A program made the translations under genes and the position numbers. From a virus: a DNA stretch of 64,000 nucleotides. The DNA is taken from positions 1 through 64,000 of the IMG/VR virus record IMGVR_UViG_3300025120_000017. One strand, 5' to 3'. The notes beneath the pieces were generated by a model. That model did no database searches and was not told the DNA's origin. It worked only from the letters and a program-made list of their open reading frames with translations. Of this stretch, positions 47,621-58,007 are shown piece after piece (the first letter of the stretch is position 1; every line of letters begins with the position of its first letter).

Positions 47621-48469
47621 TTATTCACTTTCTTTGTTAGGATAAAAGTTGCCCTTATTATTTTCTGTTGGCCACACTGATTTAGTGACTGTATATTTAC
47701 CTCCTGAACTATCTGTTTCATTAGCAGGAGTTTCACGAGTTGCAGGCGATGATGCATTAACTGTGTTTACTTTATATACAATCTTGCTCATAGAAGTACC
47801 TGCAAAAAGTTCAGTATCTTTCTTAAATAATGGATAATCAGCATGCACTTCTATATCAAATGTTACTTTTATTTCTTTCTTATCAGTAAAACTAAATTCC
47901 ATAGTTCTTTCCTTTTCAACACTATCAGGAATAAAAAAATGACAAGGTACTTTAATACCTTGTGTATCTACATAATAGTAAACATTCTTATATAAGTTTT
48001 CCATTGTTGATTGAATACATTTAAAAATATCTATAATAGAGTCAACAAATATAGTTATTGACATATCAACTTTAAGTGGCATATTTTGAAATTCTGCATT
48101 ATATTCAAGAACTTCGCCATCTGATGTATTTTTTAAAAAGTTAGCTCGAGTAAATTTATTTGTTAAGTATTCTTCTTGTATTGAAATATTATTTAATGAT
48201 ACATGAGCTCTTGGGTATTTATTATAAACAGATTCAGCTGCTTGACCATTATCAAGGTTATATTCATTTAAAAATATATCACTTAAAAATCTTTCAGATC
48301 CTGCAATCGTAAAGTAAAAAGGTACATCTACTTTAGTTTTTTCACTATTAATAACATTATGCCAATATATCTTATCTTTAAAAGAATGCAAGGTACCTAC
48401 TAGAATTGATCTTATAAGTACATCATCTTTATTTTGAAAAGTATTATATATGTGTGGAAGGTCGCTCAT
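47621..48469 (-). CDS. tail sheath stabilizer / completion protein (gp15-like)
   Basis: VPFYF...ERFL, PR, P.K.D.SI.I, Q..ME, F.IEV pattern; late motif upstream. Confidence 0.6.
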   Translation of the reverse strand: MSDLPHIYNTFQNKDDVLIRSILVGTLHSFKDKIYWHNVINSEKTKVDVPFYFTIAGSERFLSDIFLNEYNLDNGQAAESVYNKYPRAHVSLNNISIQEEYLTNKFTRANFLKNTSDGEVLEYNAEFQNMPLKVDMSITIFVDSIIDIFKCIQSTMENLYKNVYYYVDTQGIKVPCHFFIPDSVEKERTMEFSFTDKKEIKVTFDIEVHADYPLFKKDTELFAGTSMSKIVYKVNTVNASSPATRETPANETDSSGGKYTVTKSVWPTENNKGNFYPNKESE

Positions 48470-48481
48470 ATAATATATTTA

Positions 48482-50185
48482 TTATGTTTTTTCTATTGCC
48501 ATTTCACTAAAGCCACTTTTCTTAACAACTTCTATCTTATAATCAAAAATCTCTGATGGTAATTCAGCATGATTTATCACAAATACATTCATATCAAGCT
48601 CATCAACTATTTTTCTAGTTAATGAAAGCAATTCATAAATACCATGACCATCAATATTTCCAAGAAGCTCATCAAGAAATAATAAATTAATTCCAGGAAA
48701 GTTTCTTTTCATTATTTTAATAATTGATATAAGGACAGCAAAATCAGCTTTTTTATGTTCACCTGTGCTTAATGTCTTTACAGAAATAGTAGAACCCATG
48801 CTTGTAATAACTGAATTAAATTTATCATCTATTTCAATTTTATATGGAAAATGCAATTTTCTAGTAAATTCATTAATTGACTTATTTAATCCAGGTAAAA
48901 CAGATTTAAGGATTTGTTTCTTAACACCATCCTCTGCAAATATTTTAGATATTTCAGAATATAGGAATTCTTCCTTACTTAAATTATCTAAGCTATTCAT
49001 AAGATTGTCTATTTTATCAACAGTATTCTTTAATATGCCATCAAATTCTGAGCTGTCGCTTTCAAGACTTTCTTTTGTCATTTTATATTCATGTGCAAGA
49101 GTTGATAAATTACTCTTAATAGTGCTTAGCTTATTACTTAACTGTGATCGCTTGTCTTGAACCTTTTTACTTGCATCAAGAATAGTAGTTCTCATTGCAT
49201 TTTTAGAATCAACTAATTTATCAAAATCTTCTTTCTTTTTAATTAAGCTAGTCCGTGTCTTAAGCAATTCATTCTTAAGATCTTTATGATAATCAGTTGT
49301 TAAATCACTTGTGCAGGTTGGGCATTTACCTAAATCATATAAATCTATTTGCTTATCAACATTTTTAATCTCTGTTTTATATTTTGATATATCAGAATTA
49401 TAAGTAGATATATCTGATCTTAAATCAGAATCTTTTTGTGTTATTAAATCTTGTTTACCTTTAATAGTTACTAATACATCTTCTATTTTTTTTGACGTTT
49501 CCCGCAAATCTTTAATCCTTGGAATTAAACTATCAAGAGCTTCATTAATCTTTTCTTTATTAAGGCTATTCATGGTTTCTAACTTCTGAGTAATATCTGA
49601 TTTGCTCTCGGTAAGAACTGTGATTTTTCCATTAATGTTTTTAAGCTCGGTGTTATAATCAAGTACTTTCCTATTTAGTCTCTCATAAACCTTATTGAAT
49701 ACAATAAAGCTAAATATCTGGTCAATGATTTTTCTCTTATCAGACGGAGACATATTTAAAAACGACTTAAACTTATCTATTGATATAGTTACAATGTTGT
49801 TATATGTGCTTTGTGGTATTTTATAGTATTCTGTTTCAAGTATCTCCTGTACATTCTTTTTACCTGCAGTATCTTCAGGTTCACCATCTATAGTTACATC
49901 AAATATATTAGGCTTCATACCTCTTTTTAATTCAATAATGCTTCCTCCTGCCTCAAATAAGATTCGACCATAGAGATCTTTTTTATTTGTCCGATTAGGA
50001 AGATCGCCCATGTTCTTACCATCAACTTTACCATATAAAAGATATCCAATAACTTCTCTTATTGTGCTTTTACCAACTCCTGAAACACCGTAAAGTAAAT
50101 AGAAGTTAGGATCTCTTAAATCAACTTTTTGCAATCCATTTCCATATGAATTGAAATTTTTAAATTCTAATTCTAATATTCTCAT
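48482..50185 (-). CDS. gp46: Rad50/SbcC-like recombination ATPase
   Basis: KNFNSYGN, GVSGVGKS, CPTC hook, LSTGE, LFLDE, NH. Confidence 0.95.
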   Translation of the reverse strand: MRILELEFKNFNSYGNGLQKVDLRDPNFYLLYGVSGVGKSTIREVIGYLLYGKVDGKNMGDLPNRTNKKDLYGRILFEAGGSIIELKRGMKPNIFDVTIDGEPEDTAGKKNVQEILETEYYKIPQSTYNNIVTISIDKFKSFLNMSPSDKRKIIDQIFSFIVFNKVYERLNRKVLDYNTELKNINGKITVLTESKSDITQKLETMNSLNKEKINEALDSLIPRIKDLRETSKKIEDVLVTIKGKQDLITQKDSDLRSDISTYNSDISKYKTEIKNVDKQIDLYDLGKCPTCTSDLTTDYHKDLKNELLKTRTSLIKKKEDFDKLVDSKNAMRTTILDASKKVQDKRSQLSNKLSTIKSNLSTLAHEYKMTKESLESDSSEFDGILKNTVDKIDNLMNSLDNLSKEEFLYSEISKIFAEDGVKKQILKSVLPGLNKSINEFTRKLHFPYKIEIDDKFNSVITSMGSTISVKTLSTGEHKKADFAVLISIIKIMKRNFPGINLLFLDELLGNIDGHGIYELLSLTRKIVDELDMNVFVINHAELPSEIFDYKIEVVKKSGFSEMAIEKT

Positions 50186-51246
50186 GATACTTCTTTAATT
50201 ATTTCATCAATTATCTTTATTGCTTTTTTCCTATCAGTTTCTTCAGGAAGTCTCTTTTTAATTTCTGTTTGGATTAATTCATCATGATCCATATTTTCAC
50301 TTACCTCAGCTACATCATCATCAATAACCTCATCTTCATATTGTTGAAGTTCTAGGTTCCTAGCAAGATCCTTTATCTTTTCAGCAGATTTCCAGAATTT
50401 TGATGCATTCTTTGCGAGAACTGAGTTAGCAACCTGAATGTCTATAAAATTATTAGGTGCAACTTTGGCTATTTTTTCAAATAGCTCTTTATTGAATTCC
50501 GTGAACCTAAATTTAAGATGTTTAGGAGATATAGTATTTTCATAAAAAGTTTCATTACCTGTCTCAAGATCCAAATAATACATTCCTTTTTTATTATCTG
50601 CATCACCTCTTGTGATTTCAAAAGGACTTCCCATGATATTAATATTCTTAACATCTTGTTGCCAATGTATATGTCCAGAAAATACTCTTTTATATCCTGC
50701 AGTTGATGTTGTTGATCCACCTTCTTTCGCATCAATCTTTACATACTTATTATATTGAGTTCCGCTAAATGTACCATGCATAAATGCGTAATCTGGTTTA
50801 TATTGCTTTTGATATTCTTTAAGCGTTTCACCTTCCTCTTTAACTGTTGCTCTCCAAGGCATTAAAAATAACTTATGCTGTCTTACATTAATACATGCAG
50901 GATTTTTCCATATGTTTACATTAGGAATCCATTTAAGAGAATCAAGACTTGTGATTTCTGTGCTATCTTTTTTATAAATATCATGATTTCCTGCAATGAT
51001 ATGAACTTGTCCTAATTTTGCTAGTCTTTCATAAACCTTTATTCCTATATCAAGTGCTTTTAGATTTGTACTTTGTCTATTATCAAATACATCTCCACAA
51101 TGTATGATAAGATCACCTTCTTTCCAATTCTTTTCAATCGTTGGTATAATAAAGTTAAAATGCGCAGATGAAATAATATCCATCCACTCATTACTATTAC
51201 TTCTTGCGCCTATATGCGTGTCCGTAAAAAGCCAAATTCCTGCCAT
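50182..51246 (-). CDS. gp47: Mre11/SbcD-like nuclease
   Basis: DTHIG, GDVFDNR, GNHD, MH, SGHIH, GSP. Confidence 0.95.
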   Translation of the reverse strand: MAGIWLFTDTHIGARSNSNEWMDIISSAHFNFIIPTIEKNWKEGDLIIHCGDVFDNRQSTNLKALDIGIKVYERLAKLGQVHIIAGNHDIYKKDSTEITSLDSLKWIPNVNIWKNPACINVRQHKLFLMPWRATVKEEGETLKEYQKQYKPDYAFMHGTFSGTQYNKYVKIDAKEGGSTTSTAGYKRVFSGHIHWQQDVKNINIMGSPFEITRGDADNKKGMYYLDLETGNETFYENTISPKHLKFRFTEFNKELFEKIAKVAPNNFIDIQVANSVLAKNASKFWKSAEKIKDLARNLELQQYEDEVIDDDVAEVSENMDHDELIQTEIKKRLPEETDRKKAIKIIDEIIKEVS

Positions 51247-51684
51247 TTAAAATAATGCTTTTGATTTATAATGGCCACTATCTGATAATTCAGATAATAG
51301 CATTTCTTTAAATTTTATTGATAATTTTGCGTAAAAATCTTTAGGTTCTATATTAAGATATGACGTTGCAATATCAAATATTTGTACTTGTGTATACTGT
51401 GATTCTAATCTAAGCTTACAGAATCCATAAAATTTATTAGTTTCTTCTATATTTAAAGTAATTCTCTTTTTAATATCAGCAGTAGGTATTTTATCTACAA
51501 TTTTTCTTATTACACTATCATTATTAATATGATTCTCAAGATCTTTAATGCTTTGTAATTTCTCAACATAGTCTTGTTCATAATTAGTATAAACAGGAGA
51601 GTTTGTGTCAATTTCTAATTTAGTATCATGCTTTGTGACATCTGCATCATAATACCGGTTTTCATTATAATATGATTTATCCAC
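51247..51684 (-). CDS. hypothetical protein, possible gp33-like late co-activator
   Basis: C-terminal helical pattern IFDIATSYLNIEP...KLS..FKEML..EL, ending KALF; GTG start. Confidence 0.35.
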   Translation of the reverse strand: MDKSYYNENRYYDADVTKHDTKLEIDTNSPVYTNYEQDYVEKLQSIKDLENHINNDSVIRKIVDKIPTADIKKRITLNIEETNKFYGFCKLRLESQYTQVQIFDIATSYLNIEPKDFYAKLSIKFKEMLLSELSDSGHYKSKALF

Positions 51685-51700
51685 GTTTTTTTATTTTTTT

Positions 51701-52993
51701 TTAATTATCTTCTACTAAAACATCAGTTTCTGATAATATCATATAATCATAATCAATGTTTAATAAACATTTAGTGTGTTTACCAGCGCCATCTCTTACT
51801 TTAAGTAATTTAAGCCAGTATTCTTTATTAAGATTCATCTCAGAGTCTTGAATAATTGCCATGATATTATCGGCAGTATGAGCTAAACCAGCAGATTCAG
51901 CAATATTTGCCATAGTAACTTCAGTAGAATCAAAGCCACCTCTATTTGTTTGTGTTGCGCTAATCACAACAACATCATTCTTTTGTGAAAACGCTCTAAG
52001 ATCTTCAGATATATTCTTAATTTTAATATACGTTTGTTCTGTGTTTGGGTTTCTAATATCTCTAAGAATATTAATGTAATCAATAATAACAACATCAAAC
52101 TTAATGCCTGTAGTTTCTTGAATATTTTTAAGATACACATCAATGTCATCAACAGTTCCAGTGGATGTAGGGAATTCAACAACTCTTAATTCACCTGGAT
52201 CCATTAGAGATTGATTTTTGAATGCTTTAATCTTTTTCTCCATGAATTCAGTATTCCTAGATTTTGATTCATAATCATCTATTGAGATTCCTAATACATT
52301 TGCACCAACTCTTTTAAGAATCTTTTGGCCACTCATTTCAAGAGTTACATATATAACATTCTTGCCTTTTTTAATATACTCAGCAGCATCATGTGCCATG
52401 AATAATGATTTCCCTGTGTTAGGCGGTGCAACATAAACATTTAATGTCTTTTTTGTATACCCGCCCATCAGTCTATCAACAAACATATAATTAGTTGTGA
52501 TAGTTGAAAGTGAATCTAATTTATGATCTATTGCATTATAGAAACTTAATCCTAAATCATTATTAAAATTGATTGAATTTCTGCCATTTATAATATCCTT
52601 AACTTGTCTTATTATACCTTCAACATTTTCAGGAGATACTTGTTGTGTGCTAACGAACTCAAGGGTATCTGTTAAACTACTATCTAGGTTTTTCCATAAT
52701 ATCCAAGATTCTGCAGTTCTTTTAACCCAGTCAATATCATATTTCTCTAAAGGATTTTCAAAGATTTTATTATATAACCCACCGTCAATTTGAATATCTT
52801 TAGATTTAACTAACATCCATAACTGTTCCTTAGTTGGAGTTTGTTTAAATTTACTCCAATATGCTTTTACTATTATTGCTAAAGTATCAATTTCTTTAAT
52901 TTCAAAGAATCCTTTATCAACAGAAGAAAGATAATGAGGATTCTCTAAAGCATATAGTAAAAAAACTTTTTCAAATTCACCAGTATTAATCAT
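51701..52993 (-). CDS. gp41: replicative DnaB-like helicase
   Basis: APPNTGKS, YVTLEM, EFPT, IDYINI, SATQTNR, AESAGL. Confidence 0.95.
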   Translation of the reverse strand: MINTGEFEKVFLLYALENPHYLSSVDKGFFEIKEIDTLAIIVKAYWSKFKQTPTKEQLWMLVKSKDIQIDGGLYNKIFENPLEKYDIDWVKRTAESWILWKNLDSSLTDTLEFVSTQQVSPENVEGIIRQVKDIINGRNSINFNNDLGLSFYNAIDHKLDSLSTITTNYMFVDRLMGGYTKKTLNVYVAPPNTGKSLFMAHDAAEYIKKGKNVIYVTLEMSGQKILKRVGANVLGISIDDYESKSRNTEFMEKKIKAFKNQSLMDPGELRVVEFPTSTGTVDDIDVYLKNIQETTGIKFDVVIIDYINILRDIRNPNTEQTYIKIKNISEDLRAFSQKNDVVVISATQTNRGGFDSTEVTMANIAESAGLAHTADNIMAIIQDSEMNLNKEYWLKLLKVRDGAGKHTKCLLNIDYDYMILSETDVLVEDN

Positions 52994-53002
52994 TTTTTAT
53001 TT

Positions 53003-53032
53003 TTAAATAGTTATTAAGTATGAAATGTTTAA
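53003..53032 (-). promoter_or_regulatory. putative middle (ECF) promoter
   Basis: TTAAACA-N16-TATTTAA upstream of the helicase. Confidence 0.6.
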
Positions 53033-53045
53033 AAGAATCTGAATA

Positions 53046-54299
53046 TTAATCAACTAATTCATCAGATTCTTCAATTTCATCTATCAAACTATCAATTTCT
53101 TCTTCAATTTCATCAGATCCAAATGAAAATGCTTCTACGATTACTTCATCAAGCCTATCTTTTACTGGCTCCATTACTCTTGCAGTAAAAAGCTCAGATT
53201 TATCAACAGTTTCACCTAGATGCTCAACCACAAATTTTAATGCGCTTTCTCTAGGTTCAAAATATAGGGTAACAGTTTCTTCGCCTGTTTTAGTTTCTTT
53301 AGTAGAAGTAAATGGTTTACAAATTTTCTTACTTGATTCTGATAGCTTATCAAATTGCTTTTGTGTCCATATTTTTCCTTTGCCAATTCCACAATTATCC
53401 CAGCTTATAAAAGGATGTACTCCAATGTATCTATTAAACCTCTTTCTAAAGTCAATATGGAATTCTATTGCTATAGGTTGTGCAAATCTATTCTTTAGAG
53501 TTTTTGCTTTACATATGATGCCTGTTTGTCGTTTAACATCTTTTTTATCTTCTCTTAATTTAGATTTGCTTAAACAGAGTGTAACTGATGCACTGTACTT
53601 ATTACCTTCTCCACCTCCTACAACCATAGGATCTCCATACCCGCCAATGTTTACACCAACATGATTGGTATAAATCATAGGTACTCCGATTAATCCAAGA
53701 TCTAATGTAATATTTCTAAATAAGGATCTTATTCCTTTTGCTCTTGTAAAATCTGCTTTATGGTTTTCTTCTTTTGCATCTTCAATTTCTTTATTAGATG
53801 CAATCATTCCAATGCTATCTAATATAATTAACATCTTTGGAATAGTTCCCCCACTTATTTTTACTTCTTTAAGGTCCTTAACAACTGTGGTTAAAGTACT
53901 CTTTAGTTTATCAATATCACCTACTGGCATATACATAAACTTACTCTTTCCTTTTAGGCTTGTATCTATTCCAAACTTTTCTAACATTGAATGATCTAAT
54001 GCTGCCTCAGTATCAATGTACATTATAGAATACCCAGATTCTTGAGCATTCTTAATAACATTTAAACATACAAATGTTTTACCTGCACCAGATTCACCTG
54101 CCATTTGATAAATCTTATTATTTGCTATGCCGCCTTTTATTGATCCTGAGACTGCTGCATTTAAAATCCAATTTCCTGTATCAATTTGGTCAGTTATTCT
54201 ACCAATATTTGAATTGCCAAGATCCATTGTACTTAATGGGTTTATTTTATTTAAGCTCCCAAAAATATCATCTATTGATCTTTCTTGTTTTTTTGCCAT
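53046..54299 (-). CDS. uvsX: RecA-like recombinase
   Basis: LNAAVSGS, GESGAGKT, YIDTE, ILDSIG, KE..DA, AD.TRAK, NH, GGG.G..Y.AS, KNRF. Confidence 0.95.
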   Translation of the reverse strand: MAKKQERSIDDIFGSLNKINPLSTMDLGNSNIGRITDQIDTGNWILNAAVSGSIKGGIANNKIYQMAGESGAGKTFVCLNVIKNAQESGYSIMYIDTEAALDHSMLEKFGIDTSLKGKSKFMYMPVGDIDKLKSTLTTVVKDLKEVKISGGTIPKMLIILDSIGMIASNKEIEDAKEENHKADFTRAKGIRSLFRNITLDLGLIGVPMIYTNHVGVNIGGYGDPMVVGGGEGNKYSASVTLCLSKSKLREDKKDVKRQTGIICKAKTLKNRFAQPIAIEFHIDFRKRFNRYIGVHPFISWDNCGIGKGKIWTQKQFDKLSESSKKICKPFTSTKETKTGEETVTLYFEPRESALKFVVEHLGETVDKSELFTARVMEPVKDRLDEVIVEAFSFGSDEIEEEIDSLIDEIEESDELVD

Positions 54300-54310
54300 A
54301 TCTTTTTATT

Positions 54311-55528
54311 TTAAAATAATTTTTTAGCAGTATGAAGACTCGCTGTAAGTGGTTTATATTTCATTGCCTCTATGATGTTATTTACTGGACCCAGTAAAGT
54401 TTTCTCAAATTGAGTATCATAATCCATAGCCAAAGCAAACTCTTTAGGGTGATCTCCTCGCCTATATGAAAATTTATCAAACTTTTCAGATATACTTGCT
54501 GCATAATACCACTTAACCTTATCACCTGATCTTAGGCTATCATACTTATTCTTTAGCTTTGGATTTTTATTAAGTAAATGATTATGTACACCTGCTCCTC
54601 TAACGTGTGCAGGACAGTGAGGACCTATTTCTAGAGATGCTTCATCTTCTAATATAAATTTATTATAATCACCTATAGATGTGTTTTTAGAAATATCATC
54701 TATATCTGATATTAGAAATTGCTTCTTTATGCTAGATAATTCATTAGCCAAATCCTTAATTTCAAAAGAAGCACCTTTCTTAAACATCCACTTTACTACA
54801 TCAGCAAGAATATTTCTACAAAATGCTGGAGTTTGTGCTTGAATCATTTCTAATCCAGTTGCTTTAATTTTTTGGAGAGGTTCATAAATTTTACCATCTG
54901 CCCATGCCATTTCTTGAACATACTTTTTCTTTGCTGTCCAAATCCCATGATATGCTATAGATTCTAATTCAAACATTAAGTAATTATCTGTATTATAATG
55001 CTTTGCATATTTTTCAAATGCATTTGTTAAATAACTACCTAATCTTGCGTCTGTCATAGTAAGAACAAAATCATTTACATGACCTGTCCAATTAACATTA
55101 TCCAATGCTTCTTGAAATGTTGCATAGCAAGAATCTGTGTCCATATAAACAACTACAGGATTTTCACATGGCTTTACATTTTCTGTTATAACATCTGGGC
55201 ATTTTTCTTTAAGTGCATTAAGAAGTTCTTTATCTCTATGAAATGCTTTCCAGAAATATTGATTTAGAACAGTTTCACTATACTTAATTGCATCTTGTCC
55301 TTGTAATGTGATTGCTTCTGCTAATCTAACATCAAAGAATCTAAAATGCTCATTACCTAATGCACCATAAATACTGTTAAGTGCAATTTTTTCGGCCATT
55401 TGCATAGTGTCATACACAAGAGCTTCATTTTCAAGCTGATGAATAGTGTTAACCAATTCTTGTTTACTTAAAGAATTAAAGTCAACACTATCCAGCTCAT
55501 CAGTATGAATTTCTGATATATTAATCAT
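54311..55528 (-). CDS. gp43B: family B DNA polymerase, C-terminal part
   Basis: KIALNSIYGALGN, ITLQGQ, YMDTDS, KKKY, GLE. Confidence 0.93.
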   Translation of the reverse strand: MINISEIHTDELDSVDFNSLSKQELVNTIHQLENEALVYDTMQMAEKIALNSIYGALGNEHFRFFDVRLAEAITLQGQDAIKYSETVLNQYFWKAFHRDKELLNALKEKCPDVITENVKPCENPVVVYMDTDSCYATFQEALDNVNWTGHVNDFVLTMTDARLGSYLTNAFEKYAKHYNTDNYLMFELESIAYHGIWTAKKKYVQEMAWADGKIYEPLQKIKATGLEMIQAQTPAFCRNILADVVKWMFKKGASFEIKDLANELSSIKKQFLISDIDDISKNTSIGDYNKFILEDEASLEIGPHCPAHVRGAGVHNHLLNKNPKLKNKYDSLRSGDKVKWYYAASISEKFDKFSYRRGDHPKEFALAMDYDTQFEKTLLGPVNNIIEAMKYKPLTASLHTAKKLF

Positions 55529-56286
55529 TAATCAACTGTATCAGTTAAAGCAACTACATTTATAATCTTTTCATCTACGCTCTTTAAGATTATTTTATCA
55601 TCAAATGTATATGCTGAATAAGTTTCATTTTCAACTAATGCCATTAAAGTCTTATCTACTTTATATTCACCTTCAGTTGAAACTTGATCCATGTTATCAT
55701 TAATGTCAATTTCAAAAGAATTTTCTGATTTAACTTTAATACTTCCATTAATTGAGAATGTAATGTAAGGATTGGTATCAAACTTCTCTAAACTTTTAAT
55801 TTGCTTTAATTCATTAGATGTTATCTGAAATGAATTCCCAGCAGAATCACAATTAGTTAAAGTATCAATAGCTTTCTGAGGAACACTAACAAATTCAATT
55901 AATGCAGGATCACCACCTTTAAGAGTAACTTTTAATTTACCATCAGTTATAACAAATCTAGTTGCAAAATTTTCAGATTCATATTCATTATAATCAATAG
56001 TGATTCTTATGTCATTCCCATTGAGGTATGAAAATGCATCAGCAAGTTTTTTACCACTATAAAAAGTACATTTTACAACACTATTAATAGTATCTTCTTC
56101 AAAGAAATCTGATAATTTGTATCTTAGTGATTTAATCAGTGACTTACTCTCAATATAAGAATCTGAAATTATCTTATCATTGTCAATTGTAAAGTACACT
56201 GTGCTAGCTGAGCTTAATTTAGCAAGCATTCCAATAAATTTTGTAAACTCTGTTACATTTACTCCAGTTAATTCTACTTTTTTCAT
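55528..56286 (-). CDS. gp45: probable sliding clamp
   Basis: 252 aa, acidic, repeating alpha/beta pattern; replisome context with the clamp loader present. Confidence 0.65.
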   Translation of the reverse strand: MKKVELTGVNVTEFTKFIGMLAKLSSASTVYFTIDNDKIISDSYIESKSLIKSLRYKLSDFFEEDTINSVVKCTFYSGKKLADAFSYLNGNDIRITIDYNEYESENFATRFVITDGKLKVTLKGGDPALIEFVSVPQKAIDTLTNCDSAGNSFQITSNELKQIKSLEKFDTNPYITFSINGSIKVKSENSFEIDINDNMDQVSTEGEYKVDKTLMALVENETYSAYTFDDKIILKSVDEKIINVVALTDTVD

Positions 56287-56303
56287 AAATTTTACGTTTT
56301 TAA

Positions 56304-56333
56304 TTTAATACTAATTATGTTACATTTGTTTAA
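56304..56333 (-). promoter_or_regulatory. putative middle (ECF) promoter inside the split polymerase locus
   Basis: TTAAACA-N16-TATTAAA upstream of clamp and gp43B. Confidence 0.6.
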
Positions 56334-57789
56334 GCTTTTGTTTTAATTCATGTGCAAGCTTATCACATTTCTTAAATCTAGTTTGGTCAATTTTACGTTG
56401 TGCATATAAATTATCAAAAATGGTCTTAAGAGTACTCCCATTTGTTGTAAATTTACAACCTGATATAGATATAATTTCTTTATTATTAGATCTATCTATT
56501 TTTTTAGATAATTCTTTATACTTATCAAAAGATTCTTCTTTTCCATACTTATCTGTCATATTAGGTGTATTTTTACCTATAAATGATTCAGGTGATAAAT
56601 TTAACTGACGAGCAATGGATGGATATAGTGAACTAAAGTCAAAGCATGTTGCAGCACCGTGCATTCCAGTAATAGGCGCTTTAACATATGCACCTACATA
56701 TTCTTCTTTTTCATTTCCTCTGCCTGATTTTTTTGGAATTACTTTATATTCTGCTAAATATCCTTTTGACATTAATCCTTCAGTAATGTTTACTGCTGAT
56801 TGACATTTAGCAACTTCGCATGCTGACATATTTGATAATGCTAATAATGCATTAAGAGTTTTACAAGTGTCATGAATTAATAATACATTAATTGTATCTA
56901 CATTATTATAGAGAACATATTTCTTATAATCATTTTCATACATTTCTTGTAATGTCCCGCCATATTTTAATTTACCTACACCTAACACAGCATTAGATAT
57001 AAATTCAAGGCTTAATGATTCTTTAACTCTAATAGTTTTATCATTCTTTTCAAACACTTTCATGTAATCAATGATTACAAAATGATTAGGGTTATTATAT
57101 CTATCTAATGTATTGGTTGGTGATATTTGTTTATAATCTAAACCAAGATTCATCATTCTTCTTTTTAGATAAGGCCAATCAAAGTCTTCAAAATACCATC
57201 CTGTTATAATATGAAACTTTTTACATATTTCTATAAAAAATTGAAGAAGCTCAGTTTCATTATTAACTTTCTTATATTTAAAAACTATAGGTCTATTGTT
57301 ATTTACTGATGTAAAATAGTCATCAATAAATCCTTGCATCTTATTTTGCTGCTCATGATTAAAATCTTCTTTATATCCAACAGTGATGCTTTGAATCTTT
57401 TTATTTTTATCCACATAAGTAAAAGTAATAGTGGTTACTTTTTCTTTTGCTACATTTACATCAGGAAATCCATCAATGACCTCGGTCTCAATATCACAAA
57501 ATAGCATTTTAGGAAATGCTAATTTATATAGAGTATTTTGCAACTCTTTAGGCTGTGTATTAATCCATTCCCATATAGAAAACTTATTTATATTATATTT
57601 ACTAGCCTTTTCATAGTTTTTCTTTACTGGCTTTCCTAAATAAGATTTGAATGTTTTATCTGCTTTTGCTGATTTACATTCATCCCAATACCAAAAATTT
57701 TCTTTAGGTACATCTATAAATTTACGTTCATTATTTTCTATATAAGATATTTTTACTATCTTATGTGTTTGCTCTGTCGCTAGTATCAT
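56320..57789 (-). CDS. gp43A: family B DNA polymerase, N-terminal part (exonuclease plus motif A)
   Basis: DIET, TGW...FD.PY, YNNVD, GAYV, FDFSSLYPS, NLSPE; ends in the fingers helix. Confidence 0.93.
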   Translation of the reverse strand: MILATEQTHKIVKISYIENNERKFIDVPKENFWYWDECKSAKADKTFKSYLGKPVKKNYEKASKYNINKFSIWEWINTQPKELQNTLYKLAFPKMLFCDIETEVIDGFPDVNVAKEKVTTITFTYVDKNKKIQSITVGYKEDFNHEQQNKMQGFIDDYFTSVNNNRPIVFKYKKVNNETELLQFFIEICKKFHIITGWYFEDFDWPYLKRRMMNLGLDYKQISPTNTLDRYNNPNHFVIIDYMKVFEKNDKTIRVKESLSLEFISNAVLGVGKLKYGGTLQEMYENDYKKYVLYNNVDTINVLLIHDTCKTLNALLALSNMSACEVAKCQSAVNITEGLMSKGYLAEYKVIPKKSGRGNEKEEYVGAYVKAPITGMHGAATCFDFSSLYPSIARQLNLSPESFIGKNTPNMTDKYGKEESFDKYKELSKKIDRSNNKEIISISGCKFTTNGSTLKTIFDNLYAQRKIDQTRFKKCDKLAHELKQKLKQM

Positions 57790-58006
57790 CTTTAGGGTTG
57801 TCTACAGGTTTAAAGTTTTCATATATTAAATTTACTAAACCAATCTCGTCATCAGTAAATTCAATAATGTTTGGTTTATCACTCTTGAATCCTATGCTAT
57901 CGTCTTTTAAAGATGATTCATGTATTCTTTTTAAGATAGTAATAAAGGTATCTATTTCTTCACCAACTAATTCTAAACCTAGTATAGTTTCTAAATTTAT
58001 TGTCAT
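57761..58006 (-). CDS. hypothetical protein
   Basis: 81-aa acidic ORF between the dCTPase and polymerase. Confidence 0.55.
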   Translation of the reverse strand: MTINLETILGLELVGEEIDTFITILKRIHESSLKDDSIGFKSDKPNIIEFTDDEIGLVNLIYENFKPVDNPKDDTSDRANT

Positions 58007-58007
58007 A

